Notes: a model not told the origin generated them from the sequence alone. Counted from the first letter of the whole stretch, positions 9,846-19,880 are shown. The stretch is DNA of 63,862 nucleotides, filler included, from an uncultured Methanosarcinales archaeon (GCA_964645415.1; 4 parts of 4 records of this genome joined end to end with filler, not necessarily neighbours in it); one strand, 5' to 3'. Translations and numbers: made by a program.

Positions 9846-11393
9846 TTAAGCAACATATTCAAGATATTTAGCATAAGCTGGTCTTGTAACAAAAACACCA
9901 ACAGTTACACCTACAATAGTAGTAAATGCAAAACCTCTTAATAAACCAACTCCAGCCCAAAGTAATGGTAGCATAGCCACAACAGTAGTTGAATATGTAC
10001 CAAAAATAATGAAAAAAGCTCTTTTAATTTTTTGTTTTAAAGATCTTCTAGCTCTTTTCTCATCACTACCAATCACTTGATCAGTAATAACAATCTGATC
10101 ATCTACACCAGTACCTACTGCAATAATAACACCAGCAATAGCAATTAAATCTAAATTCCAACCAGTAAATGCAGCAAAACCAAGTAAAATGATTAGTTCA
10201 GATAACATAGTCATGAAAATACCTACAGAAACAAATGGATTTTTATATCTTATTAAAAGTACTAAAGCAACAGCTAAAATAGCTAAAAGACCTACAAGAA
10301 CAGCATTATTTAAAAACTCTGTTCCAAAAACAGGTGAAACCTCATCAATTCTACTAATTGATAATTCAACAGGTAAAGAACCAACTGTTAAAACAGTTTG
10401 TAACCTCCTCATTTCATTTCTTGCAGCATCTCTAGCTTCACTTTCAGAAGGACCTACTTCTGAACCAGAAATACTAACCTCTCTTTCAGCTCTTCCTCTT
10501 AGATCAGTACTAATTTGTAATTCACTATATACATTTCCATCTAAGTAAAAGATAATTGGTTTTTCTAAATAACTTGAATCATTAACATTAACACCTAAAT
10601 CTTGTGTTGCATCTGCAAACCTTTGAGCAGCTTCATCACTTATAGTAAGAGAAAAACTAAATTGACATAAATCTTCTCCTCTTTCAGTATAACAAGAAAT
10701 TCTCATACAATCAGCACTTCTACAAACATGATTAATATCGTCTCCACCTTCAAATACTGTTTTATTACCAATCATTGCTTCAAATTTACCTTGGCTTTCT
10801 ACTAAATCAGTAACTTCTTGTCTTGTAGCACCAGCAATTTCTAAAACAATATATTGGTTTCCATCAAGATCAGTTGCAGATCTAATATCAACATCTGCAA
10901 TCCCATAAATATCAAGTCTAGCTTCTAAAATATTAATTAAATTATCTATTCCTTCTTCATCAAGAGCTGTTTCAGGTCTTAAAATTGCTCTTGTTCCACC
11001 ACTAATATCAAGACCAAATTGTAAATTTGAACTTGGTACATCAGATACATCAATACCTAAAGAATCATTAATCATTCTAATAGAATAGAATCTATGATTT
11101 GAACGTAAACTTACAGTTTGATTGAAACTAAGATCATAACTAGCTTCATTAAAATCTGAAATAGAATTAATTGTAGCACCATTCATCTCAAGAATTCTTT
11201 CCCATTGCATAGGATAAGGAGTAGTTGGACTACGTAATCCAGCTTGGTAAGCCGAACTATTTTCTTCAACATGTCTTATTGAAACACCACTTTGAGGAAA
11301 TGGTCTAATAGCAATTAAAGCTAAAACTAAAAATATAATAAGAACTATAATTCGTGGTTCCTTAAAAAAATCAATAATATCACTTTTATTCAT
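9846..11393 (-). CDS. secD: Protein translocase subunit SecD
   Basis: GLDISGGT, large extracytoplasmic domain, GTGVDDQIVI, LRGFAFTT, TRPAY. Confidence 0.92.
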   Translation of the reverse strand: MNKSDIIDFFKEPRIIVLIIFLVLALIAIRPFPQSGVSIRHVEENSSAYQAGLRSPTTPYPMQWERILEMNGATINSISDFNEASYDLSFNQTVSLRSNHRFYSIRMINDSLGIDVSDVPSSNLQFGLDISGGTRAILRPETALDEEGIDNLINILEARLDIYGIADVDIRSATDLDGNQYIVLEIAGATRQEVTDLVESQGKFEAMIGNKTVFEGGDDINHVCRSADCMRISCYTERGEDLCQFSFSLTISDEAAQRFADATQDLGVNVNDSSYLEKPIIFYLDGNVYSELQISTDLRGRAEREVSISGSEVGPSESEARDAARNEMRRLQTVLTVGSLPVELSISRIDEVSPVFGTEFLNNAVLVGLLAILAVALVLLIRYKNPFVSVGIFMTMLSELIILLGFAAFTGWNLDLIAIAGVIIAVGTGVDDQIVITDQVIGSDEKRARRSLKQKIKRAFFIIFGTYSTTVVAMLPLLWAGVGLLRGFAFTTIVGVTVGVFVTRPAYAKYLEYVA

Positions 11394-11404
11394 ATTTGTT
11401 CACC

Positions 11405-12328
11405 TTAAGCTTTTTTCTTTTTTAATAAATAGTACCTCAAAAATGAAGTATTAACAAACCAAGTATTCATCATATCAATAATAAGTCCAATCATTAAAAC
11501 TAAAAATATTTGTTCTAAAACAGCAGATGTTGCAACAAAATAACCAACAGTAACTGCAACTAATGTAGTAAAAGCCATTACAAAACCAGTTCTCATCGCT
11601 GAAAAGACATTTTCAAAAAAATCATCAGACTCATTTTTTAATACATTTGTTGAAAGTAAAATATCTGTATCTACAGAATAACCAATAAGCATTAATAAAG
11701 CAGCAATACCAGCTGAACTCATGCTAACACCTATCAAATTTAGGATAGCAACAGTCAAAGCGATATCTGCAAATGCAGAATAAACAATTGCTACTGAAGG
11801 AATAAATTCTCTAAAATAAATAATAACAACAACAGACATAAAAAGGAAAGCAAATAATAAAGCTAAAGAGATTTGAGCAAAAAAGTCCTCTCCTAAAGTA
11901 GGATCAGTAGATTCCATTGAAATTTCATCAGAGATAGTATATTTATCTAAAAAATCTAAAACAGAGTCTATTTCATCAGTATCAGTTGTTGATATTTCAA
12001 GAATCATAGAATCAGTTCCACGGAGTTCTCTAAATACATTTTCAATATCAAAAAGTTCATTAAACTCATTTTCAATATCAATTATATTAGAATCACTTTC
12101 AAAAGAAATTGAAGTTCCTCCTCTTAAATCAATACCTCTATTAACAATCTCACCAGTATTAATATAATTAAAAGCTACAAAACCTAAACCTAATACAAAT
12201 AGAACTAATGAAATAATAAATAGTAATTTTAGGTTTTCTTTATAGAAATTTTTTAAATTACCTACAGCACTATTTTTAGTTTTTTTTGTAGATTTATTTG
12301 ATTTCTTATTTGATTTTTTCTTTGACAT
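11405..12328 (-). CDS. secF: Protein translocase subunit SecF
   Basis: GIDLRGGT, IGYSVDTDILL, DMMNTW; directly upstream of secD. Confidence 0.92.
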   Translation of the reverse strand: MSKKKSNKKSNKSTKKTKNSAVGNLKNFYKENLKLLFIISLVLFVLGLGFVAFNYINTGEIVNRGIDLRGGTSISFESDSNIIDIENEFNELFDIENVFRELRGTDSMILEISTTDTDEIDSVLDFLDKYTISDEISMESTDPTLGEDFFAQISLALLFAFLFMSVVVIIYFREFIPSVAIVYSAFADIALTVAILNLIGVSMSSAGIAALLMLIGYSVDTDILLSTNVLKNESDDFFENVFSAMRTGFVMAFTTLVAVTVGYFVATSAVLEQIFLVLMIGLIIDMMNTWFVNTSFLRYYLLKKKKA

Positions 12329-12389
12329 TTATACTTCACCAAGTACCAACATATCTATAAAAAAGTATGTTCTTTATAAATTTTATTAG

Positions 12390-13463
12390 TTAGTTTTTTT
12401 CAATAATTACTTCTCCTTTTTTAACTTTAATAATTACTTCATCGTAACTTTTAAGATTTGATATATTAGTTACAAATTCAGGTAATAAAATTCTATTACC
12501 TCTTAAATCAGGATTCATTAATACACCACTACCAAAATCATCATCACTTGAATTAATTAATTCATCTACTTCATCAATTTCTTCTTGCCTTTTTAATTGT
12601 AAATAATTTTTAGTCTCCTCAGCAAGATATTTAGCAATTGGTTTTGCGACATTTTTATCTGTTGCCTTAGTAATTCCTTGTAATCCAGGAGAAATATTTG
12701 CCTCAATAACCTTTGCACCAGTTGCTGTTTTTAATAAATCAACTCCAACAACATTTGAGTTTAATACTCTTGCAACTTTAACAGCTATTTTTTTGATTTT
12801 TTCACTAGGACTATATAATTCACCTGTTCCACCAGCATGAATATTACTTCTTTTCTCTCCTTCAGCAGCAACTCTGTTCATTGCAGCAACTACTTTTTCA
12901 CCTGCAACAATCAATCTACTATCTCTACCATCATTTTCAACGAATTCTTGAATTAAAAAAGGTTCATTAAAATCCATTGCATCAACAGTAGAACTTGCAC
13001 TTGCAAAAGAATCTGCAACCATTACACCTTTTCCTTGAGTCCCACTTGGAATTTTAATAATAATAGGATATCTAACTTTTTTTAATATTTTTTTTGATTT
13101 TTTAACACTTGGAGCAATAAATGTATCCGGCATAGGGATATCATGTTTAGCTAAAGTAAGATGAGTATATAATTTATTATGAACTAAATCAAAAGAATCT
13201 GGAGAAATAGGCATATAAGCTTTATCTTGATAATATTTCGCAATAGCTTTAAGAAACATTCTATAACGATAAGATCCTCTAATATAAACACAATCTAATG
13301 GAGGAAGTGAATTATTAAAATAAGTAATATCAATACCAGAGGTAGTAACTTTAATATCTAATTTTTTTAAATTGATATGATATGAGTGATCAAAATATTT
13401 CCTACTTTCTTCTACAATCCAACGTGAAGACCGACTATAAGAACTAAAAACACCTAAATTCAT
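12390..13463 (-). CDS. rimK: RimK-family ATP-grasp alpha-L-glutamate ligase with C-terminal AbrB/SpoVT-like domain
   Basis: NKLYT, IPMPDT, PIIIK..GTQGKGV, IQEFV, RSNIHAGG, GVDLL, EANISPG; about 75 aa extension ending GNRILLPEFVTNISNLKSYDEVIIKVKKGEVIIEK. Confidence 0.85.
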   Translation of the reverse strand: MNLGVFSSYSRSSRWIVEESRKYFDHSYHINLKKLDIKVTTSGIDITYFNNSLPPLDCVYIRGSYRYRMFLKAIAKYYQDKAYMPISPDSFDLVHNKLYTHLTLAKHDIPMPDTFIAPSVKKSKKILKKVRYPIIIKIPSGTQGKGVMVADSFASASSTVDAMDFNEPFLIQEFVENDGRDSRLIVAGEKVVAAMNRVAAEGEKRSNIHAGGTGELYSPSEKIKKIAVKVARVLNSNVVGVDLLKTATGAKVIEANISPGLQGITKATDKNVAKPIAKYLAEETKNYLQLKRQEEIDEVDELINSSDDDFGSGVLMNPDLRGNRILLPEFVTNISNLKSYDEVIIKVKKGEVIIEKN

Positions 13464-13475
13464 AAAATAACACCT

Positions 13476-13838
13476 TTAGTCTTTTAAAGGATCAATTAAA
13501 AAACTTCCTTTTTTTAGAATATTCTGTCCAACTAACATTTTATAACTCATATTTGAACGATCACTAAGATTTACTTTCTCAACCATTTCTTTTCCATCAA
13601 TAACAATTTTTAAGTGAACGATTGGTCTTTTTTTTGTACCATTAGCACTCCTAATTACTTTTGTAGATACTATAGGTCCTAATTTTAGTTCAGACGCTAA
13701 AGATATATCCAAAGAAGATGTAGTAGCACCAGTATCAATCCTTGCAGTAATTTCTCTTTTATCATCACCAATTAATGTCACTTTTTCATGTAATCCAAGC
13801 ACTGACCTTTTTGAATTATTAATTTTCATTTTCTCCAA
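13476..13838 (-). CDS. RimB-like retropepsin-fold protease (RimK-associated family)
   Basis: ARIDTGATTSSL, IRSANG..KRP, LSDRSNMSYKMLVG; immediately upstream of rimK. Confidence 0.85.
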   Translation of the reverse strand: MEKMKINNSKRSVLGLHEKVTLIGDDKREITARIDTGATTSSLDISLASELKLGPIVSTKVIRSANGTKKRPIVHLKIVIDGKEMVEKVNLSDRSNMSYKMLVGQNILKKGSFLIDPLKD

Positions 13839-13883
13839 CTATATAAAATTATAAGTTTATTTAAATTTTGTTATACAAAAAAA

Positions 13884-16856
13884 TTAAACTTTTGTTAAAA
13901 TATTTAAAATGTTTTCATAAATTTTAGGATAACTATTTGGATTTAAAAAATCTAAATGAAGTAATTCAGTAGCACTACAGGAACCATTAATATAATAGTT
14001 CTTTCCAAAATCAATTTCTGCACTATCATAAGTTACAATGCCATCACCATTAAAACCAAACACATTACAACCACTTCCAACAAAGTTATGATAATTAATA
14101 TTTTTAGGAATATTATCTTTACGATTCAAATCTTGTATAAAAGTACTTTTTTCATACATATCATTACAAGCATTTTTAGAACCAAAAATCAAACAGCTTC
14201 TCCTAACTGCAGTTATTATTCCTTCATTAGGTGTTCCTAACATAATGAGATTATTAATATTGTGATCTGAAAAGATTGAAGAGTACTTCCTTGTAACAAG
14301 ACCTCCCATAGAATGAGCAACAATACTTAAATTATGAGATGCAGTCTTAATTAATAAACCATCAATTATTTCTTTTAATCTTAAAGAATATGTATCAATA
14401 CTATCTGATTTTTGTGGAATTAAAAAATCAATCTCACCATCATGAACAATATCATAATAGTAAGTTGTTCTAAAAGATATATCAAAATCAAAATCTAATA
14501 CTGGACTATCTTGGTAATAACCATCAAATAAAGTTACTGCACCACCATCAATAATCCCATCATTGTCTAATTTTCTTTGTATATCTGAAAAAGCATTTAG
14601 TGAAAATTCAGGAGAATTTCTTTCAATCATAGAATGACCATGAAGAAAAAGAACGATTTCCCTATCAGACTGACGAGTATTGATACTATCATCTAAAATA
14701 TCTATATATTTAAAGTCCTCAGGAAAATAATCTTTTGCAATTTTATCTTGTATTAAACATTTCTTACACTCATTTTCAAAACAACAATACTTGTTAAATG
14801 ATGACAAAACATCCATACAACCTACACAATTAAAAAAAGTTGTTTTATTATAATTAAAAGAAATATCTTTATTTAGTTTATCTAAAAAGTTCTTTGTTTT
14901 ATTTTTTAAATCAGTTAAATTAAATTCATTTAAAGAAAATTTTTCTTTTTTTGAATTATGTTTATTAATGACATTTGAATAATTAAAAAATGAATAAGAA
15001 AAAAGTTTATCATTTATTGATAAATTACTAAATAAATCAGAAACCGTGAAATTAATATTATCTTCAAAAAAGTAATTAGTAAACTGTTGATAAAATACAT
15101 TATTGTAATCAATATCTTTTGATTTTAAGTTAGAATAATTGATATATGTTTTATTCAATTTTTTTTCAAAATAGTTTGTTAAATTATTTGTATTATTTAA
15201 ATCACTAAAATAAGTTATATTTGTTATAAGTAAAAAATCATTTTCAATATCTTTTGAAAAATTAAAATTATTAAATTTAAATAACATTTCTTCAAAATCA
15301 TTTATTTTACTAAAAACATCTTGATTGTTAATAGTAATGTTTAACTTAGAAACATAATAAAAAGTATCATTATTTTCTTCAGATTCATCAAAACTTAAAT
15401 TTGATAAAAACAAATTAAATTCATTGAAATACTCATAAAAACTATTATAATTACTCTTAAAACAAGTTTCATATAATAGATAATTACTTTTGAAGATATC
15501 AAAGACCTTCAAAGAATTATTTAAATTTTTATTATAAAAGCTAATGTTATTTAATAAATCATTTTCTGAGCTAATATTCTCATAATTTGAATCAAGATTG
15601 ACATTATTTTTTAAAAAATCATTAATTAAAATATCTTCTTTTGAGGTTAAATTAGAGTTTATAATAGATTCATTATATAAAGAACATAAATTATTCACTT
15701 TTTCTATTTTTAAATAATGAGTTTCATTAGAAATGTTATTAACTTCATCAAGAGTTTCAAAAAGAAGATTACTAAAATTATTATATTTTTTTAAATAATT
15801 TGATCTTTTTGAACTTAAATCATCAACATTTTTATTCATTAATGAAATAGTTTTATCAAAATCATAAATAGAAATATTTTCTGAAATAGAACCATAATAT
15901 AAATAATTCATATTATCAGAGAGATTATTCCATAAAGTGTGAAAAGAAATATTTTTAGTATAACGATTAACAAAGCCAATTTTATTAAGGTCATCAGTAC
16001 TTAAATTTTGATAATTTGAAGATACTTGTTGGAAATTATTAAATTTATTCTCTTTACTCTCTCTTTCACTAACTAATCTATTATAATCTTCATGAAGTGA
16101 TTTATTTAACTCATCAGTTCCATTAGATAACTGATAAACATCAGAAAGATTAGCATAATCAAAAGGATCATCAATAGAATTCACACTATCATTAAAAAGA
16201 TAAGAAATTACTTCAAAATCATTTTTATGTTGATTAAATAACTTTTCAAAATTATTAGAATAAGGAAAAAAGAAATTATTATTTTTAAAATTAAAAAGAC
16301 TTAGTTTTTCATCAACATCATTTAAAATAAAATAATTTGAAATTAAATTTTTTCTTTTACTTATAATATCACTCATAGAATCATTAGAAGGTTCATGTTC
16401 AACTAAAATAAAAGAACTAGACTTTTTATGAGAATCGACTCTACAAAAAGGATTTTTCACTGTCTCACAACTGATATCAAAATTATAAATTTTTTTACCA
16501 AAACCAGTTGCATTTAAATCGAAATCAAGACCTATTTGTCTTGAGATACTAGGAGATAAATGAACAGAACCATTTAAAACAGAGTTATTATAAGAACGGT
16601 CAGATAAAGTATACTTGCAATCAAGACCACATAAAGCATTAAAACTAGTTTTTAAATTTAGACTAAGATTTAAAGGATCATCATTATAAGAATCCACATT
16701 AATTCTTCTTGGTTCAACGAGTAAAAATAAATTCTCACCAACAAAAACGTCAAGATTAAAATATACTAAAATAGAAAGATAAACAAAAAGAGCAATAGAT
16801 ACAAGTAAAAACCATCTACGATTTTCTTTTATAAATGAAAAAATATTATCAATCAT
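13884..16856 (-). CDS. Membrane-anchored protein with C-terminal alpha/beta hydrolase (lipase/PGAP1-like)
   Basis: N-terminal TM, Asn-rich stalk, Cys cluster, then LFLHG, IVAHSMGG nucleophile elbow, LGTPNEG, GDGIV. Confidence 0.75.
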   Translation of the reverse strand: MIDNIFSFIKENRRWFLLVSIALFVYLSILVYFNLDVFVGENLFLLVEPRRINVDSYNDDPLNLSLNLKTSFNALCGLDCKYTLSDRSYNNSVLNGSVHLSPSISRQIGLDFDLNATGFGKKIYNFDISCETVKNPFCRVDSHKKSSSFILVEHEPSNDSMSDIISKRKNLISNYFILNDVDEKLSLFNFKNNNFFFPYSNNFEKLFNQHKNDFEVISYLFNDSVNSIDDPFDYANLSDVYQLSNGTDELNKSLHEDYNRLVSERESKENKFNNFQQVSSNYQNLSTDDLNKIGFVNRYTKNISFHTLWNNLSDNMNYLYYGSISENISIYDFDKTISLMNKNVDDLSSKRSNYLKKYNNFSNLLFETLDEVNNISNETHYLKIEKVNNLCSLYNESIINSNLTSKEDILINDFLKNNVNLDSNYENISSENDLLNNISFYNKNLNNSLKVFDIFKSNYLLYETCFKSNYNSFYEYFNEFNLFLSNLSFDESEENNDTFYYVSKLNITINNQDVFSKINDFEEMLFKFNNFNFSKDIENDFLLITNITYFSDLNNTNNLTNYFEKKLNKTYINYSNLKSKDIDYNNVFYQQFTNYFFEDNINFTVSDLFSNLSINDKLFSYSFFNYSNVINKHNSKKEKFSLNEFNLTDLKNKTKNFLDKLNKDISFNYNKTTFFNCVGCMDVLSSFNKYCCFENECKKCLIQDKIAKDYFPEDFKYIDILDDSINTRQSDREIVLFLHGHSMIERNSPEFSLNAFSDIQRKLDNDGIIDGGAVTLFDGYYQDSPVLDFDFDISFRTTYYYDIVHDGEIDFLIPQKSDSIDTYSLRLKEIIDGLLIKTASHNLSIVAHSMGGLVTRKYSSIFSDHNINNLIMLGTPNEGIITAVRRSCLIFGSKNACNDMYEKSTFIQDLNRKDNIPKNINYHNFVGSGCNVFGFNGDGIVTYDSAEIDFGKNYYINGSCSATELLHLDFLNPNSYPKIYENILNILTKV

Positions 16857-16931
16857 ATAATAAAAAGATTAGTTTAATTTTTAAAGTTTTTTAAATTAAA
16901 TAGAAGACATATTCTAAATAAATTAGTAAAT

Positions 16932-17109
16932 TAAAATCATCTCCGATAATTGTCTTCGTCTTATGCTAAAGAAATAATCTACATTCTTTCTTCTTCGAAA
17001 ATACTCCATCAAAATCATCTAAGGAAAAGGAACCTAAAAGAATGAAACAAGGATAAATATAATCTAGTGAGAACTACTGTGTCATAAAAAATATGATGCT
17101 ATTCTGGTT
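16932..17109 (+). repeat. Dispersed intergenic repeat copy with diverged hairpin
   Basis: AAAATCATCT twice, TCTTCTTCGAAAAT, GCTAAAG; GTGAGAACTACT-GTGTCATA-aaaaa-TATGATGC-TATTCTGGT at 17067-17108. Confidence 0.75.
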
Positions 17110-17110
17110 A

Positions 17111-18616
17111 TTAATCATCTTTACTATCTGTTTCTTTTTTTCCATCACTATTTTTTGAACTATCTGAATCATCAGAATTATCTTTTGACTTATCACTTTT
17201 ATCTTTAGAGTTATCTTTTTTAGACTTTTCTTTCATTTTATTAATTCTTGAGACTTTTTTAGCCTTAATAAAAGCATAATTTACAGGATTTTTAATATTT
17301 TTACACAACCCATCAGGATCACAGACTTTTAAATCCTGATAATACTCTCTTTTCTCACAATTAGGAGGCATAATTTCTTTTGAGAAATTATTTTCTAAAT
17401 AATTCATTTGGGAAGCAATATAATTTTCTTTTAAACTTTCAGGATTATTCTTATTCCAATCATAAATAAACTCCTCAATCTCTTCATAAGACCAACCCAA
17501 CATTTGAAGATATCTTGTTAAAATAAAAACTGCTCTTTTTCTACCATCTTGTATTCCATTTAGAATACTTTTAATACAATTTGGAGCAGTTTTCTCAAAA
17601 GCTTCTTTTCCAATTTCAATATTTTCAAAAGTTTTATTCTTTCTACTCTTAAAATTAGATTTGAATTTTTCTTTCTCAATTTTTTTAAGCTTAGATGTCG
17701 TAAAATAAAAATCAAAAGCTGTCCTAACCATCTTTATAATATTTTTATCTTTTTTAACATCCCTATTTAAAAAATCAACACTTTCAAAATAATCTAAATT
17801 ATCCAAAACATAATCAACAGTATAGTCATCCCTATTAAAATCATTAAGATCTTCAATATTAATGGGAGTACTAACTAAATTTGACTTTTCATGAATACTA
17901 TAAGGAGCTCTAAATAAGTGTCTTTTAGAGATTAAAATAGTATCAATTTCAACAATTTGATAAGGATCTAAAATAACCCCTCTATTATCATCCTTCATAG
18001 TTATTTCATCAAAAGAACTATCAGATTGATCTAATAACTCTTGAATTGAATATCTTTCCATAAGTTTTTTTCTGAGAAAGTCCTTCGTTCGATAAGATAT
18101 ATAAAGAGAAACAATTTTAGGACCATCTGGAAATAATTTTCTAAGACTCTTTTTTTCACCATCAAAAGGAACAACATCAGGCATAACTTCAAAAGGGATA
18201 GCAATATGAAATCCTTTATTTCCTGAAAATTTAATGGAAATAGTCTCTTTTTTAATACCTTTTGAAAGCAAGAATTCAACAATAATTTTAGATGCAATAT
18301 GACTTACCTCAAAATTAATTCCATCAATATCTAAGATTAAATCCCAACCTATCCTACTCTCATCAGCATTAAAATCATCATCATTTAACTCTAATGGATT
18401 TTTCCAAGTTTCTTCAGAAATATGTATTGATAAACCAGATTTTTTAGATTGTTGAATAATATCAGAAGGATACTGAAAAATCATAGGTCTTTTTCCAAAA
18501 CCATAAGTATACTTTAAAGCAACCTCTTTATTTTTTGAAGACTCATAAATTAACTCTTGAATCTTTTTATTAGAGTAAAGTTTTAAAGCACTTTTAAGAA
18601 TAGTAAGATTATCCAT
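17111..18616 (-). CDS. Fused DNA primase, small + large subunit (DPANN type)
   Basis: PriS motifs WDLILDID, FSGNKGFHI, RAPYSIHEK; PriL-like C-terminal domain with PNCI..GRKR..PPNC..C..C..KNP. Confidence 0.88.
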   Translation of the reverse strand: MDNLTILKSALKLYSNKKIQELIYESSKNKEVALKYTYGFGKRPMIFQYPSDIIQQSKKSGLSIHISEETWKNPLELNDDDFNADESRIGWDLILDIDGINFEVSHIASKIIVEFLLSKGIKKETISIKFSGNKGFHIAIPFEVMPDVVPFDGEKKSLRKLFPDGPKIVSLYISYRTKDFLRKKLMERYSIQELLDQSDSSFDEITMKDDNRGVILDPYQIVEIDTILISKRHLFRAPYSIHEKSNLVSTPINIEDLNDFNRDDYTVDYVLDNLDYFESVDFLNRDVKKDKNIIKMVRTAFDFYFTTSKLKKIEKEKFKSNFKSRKNKTFENIEIGKEAFEKTAPNCIKSILNGIQDGRKRAVFILTRYLQMLGWSYEEIEEFIYDWNKNNPESLKENYIASQMNYLENNFSKEIMPPNCEKREYYQDLKVCDPDGLCKNIKNPVNYAFIKAKKVSRINKMKEKSKKDNSKDKSDKSKDNSDDSDSSKNSDGKKETDSKDD

Positions 18617-18659
18617 ATATTAAATAAAAGGAAATATTAGTTAAAAATATTTCGAAGAG

Positions 18660-19085
18660 TTAAGAAAAATGTTGATTTAACAATCTTTTTGCATCTTTTT
18701 TACTCTTTTTTAAATTTTTAATATTATTACTATTATTTTTATAAGATCTCTTTTTTTTATTTACCTGTTTTTTAATTTCTTTCTTACTTTTTTCTAAATT
18801 ATTTAATTGTTTTTCTATTTCAGGATATATATCTCTCTTCAATTCACTTCTAATTTCATCAACAATCTCTTTTTTTATTTTTTTTAAATCGATTTCATCA
18901 TTAATATTATTATTATCAGAATTAGAATCATTAGAAACTAAAGCATTATATAGATCTCTATTAATTTCAGATTGTGTTTTCAGAGAATCATTAATATTAG
19001 TTATTCTTTCATCAAGATTATTTAACCAATTTTTAATATCCTCAATCTCATCTTTTAAATCAACCATAATATAATAATTATTCAA
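18660..19085 (-). CDS. Hypothetical coiled-coil protein
   Basis: Heptad-like helical composition; start probably the ATG of MVDLKD. Confidence 0.55.
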   Translation of the reverse strand: MNNYYIMVDLKDEIEDIKNWLNNLDERITNINDSLKTQSEINRDLYNALVSNDSNSDNNNINDEIDLKKIKKEIVDEIRSELKRDIYPEIEKQLNNLEKSKKEIKKQVNKKKRSYKNNSNNIKNLKKSKKDAKRLLNQHFS

Positions 19086-19170
19086 ATTATATTATTTATA
19101 TCTTTTTAATTTACCAAAAAACACAAACATAAAATTTAAATAGAGTGTTTTATTTCTATGAATAGTTATT

Positions 19171-19243
19171 GGGTCCATTGTCTAGTGGCTATGACGTCTG
19201 CTTGACTTGCAGGAGGTCCCCGGTTCAAGTCCGGGTGGACCCA
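19171..19243 (+). tRNA. tRNA-Val(GAC)
   Basis: Acceptor GGGTCCA/TGGACCC, anticodon stem TCTGC/GCAGG with loop TT-GAC-TT, T arm CCCGG-TTCAAGT-CCGGG; no encoded CCA. Confidence 0.92.
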
Positions 19244-19252
19244 TTGATACAT

Positions 19253-19323
19253 GCGGCGATAGTTTAGTGGTATAATACGACCCTGCCACGGTTGTGACCC
19301 GGGTTCAAATCCCGGTCGCCGCA
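19253..19323 (+). tRNA. tRNA-Gly(GCC)
   Basis: Acceptor GCGGCGA/TCGCCGC, anticodon arm CGACC-CTGCCAC-GGTTG, T arm CCGGG-TTCAAAT-CCCGG; 9 nt from tRNA-Val. Confidence 0.95.
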
Positions 19324-19458
19324 TTTTATTTATCTAATTATTTGATTTTCTATTAAATTTAATTAAGATTCTAGAAATAAACAAAAAAATCAAAACTAAA
19401 TACAAATTTCGATCAAGTTAATAATAAAATTTATAATTCTAAAAAATAATATATAAAT

Positions 19459-19599
19459 ATGGTAAAAGAAGCAAAAAATAAAGATAAAAATAAAAAAGAT
19501 TTATCTGAACTTTTCAAAAATCCAGATTCAAAAGATATTATTGCATATTCTTTATTAGGATTAGCAATTATATTAATGATAATATCTTTTATAATCTAA
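19459..19599 (+). CDS. Small tail-anchored membrane protein, 46 aa (not in ORF track)
   Basis: MVKEAKNKDKNKKDLSELFKNPDSKDIIAYSLLGLAIILMIISFII*; TTTATAA box about 30 nt upstream. Confidence 0.65.
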   Translation: MVKEAKNKDKNKKDLSELFKNPDSKDIIAYSLLGLAIILMIISFII

Positions 19600-19721
19600 A
19601 ATATTATTAAATAGAAAATAAAGTAAGAATAAGAATAATAATAATAATAATAGTAATTAGTTAATATTTAATTAATAAAATAATTAACTAAATGATATTA
19701 GAAAAAAACAATAAAAAAGAA

Positions 19722-19880
19722 TTAATTTTTCTTAAATTCAGTATAGCCACATTTACCACAACATAATCTATTATCATGATGAGCCATAAATACACCAGGA
19801 CCACACTTTGGACAATACTTCTTTTTATTGTCTAATTTATCTCCACTAACTTCATAACATTCCCATTTTTTACTCGTCAT
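19722..19880 (-). CDS. rps27ae: 30S ribosomal protein S27ae (eS31)
   Basis: CPKCGPGVFMAHHDNRLCCGKCGYT zinc finger; ATG overlaps the end of rps24e. Confidence 0.95.
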   Translation of the reverse strand: MTSKKWECYEVSGDKLDNKKKYCPKCGPGVFMAHHDNRLCCGKCGYTEFKKN

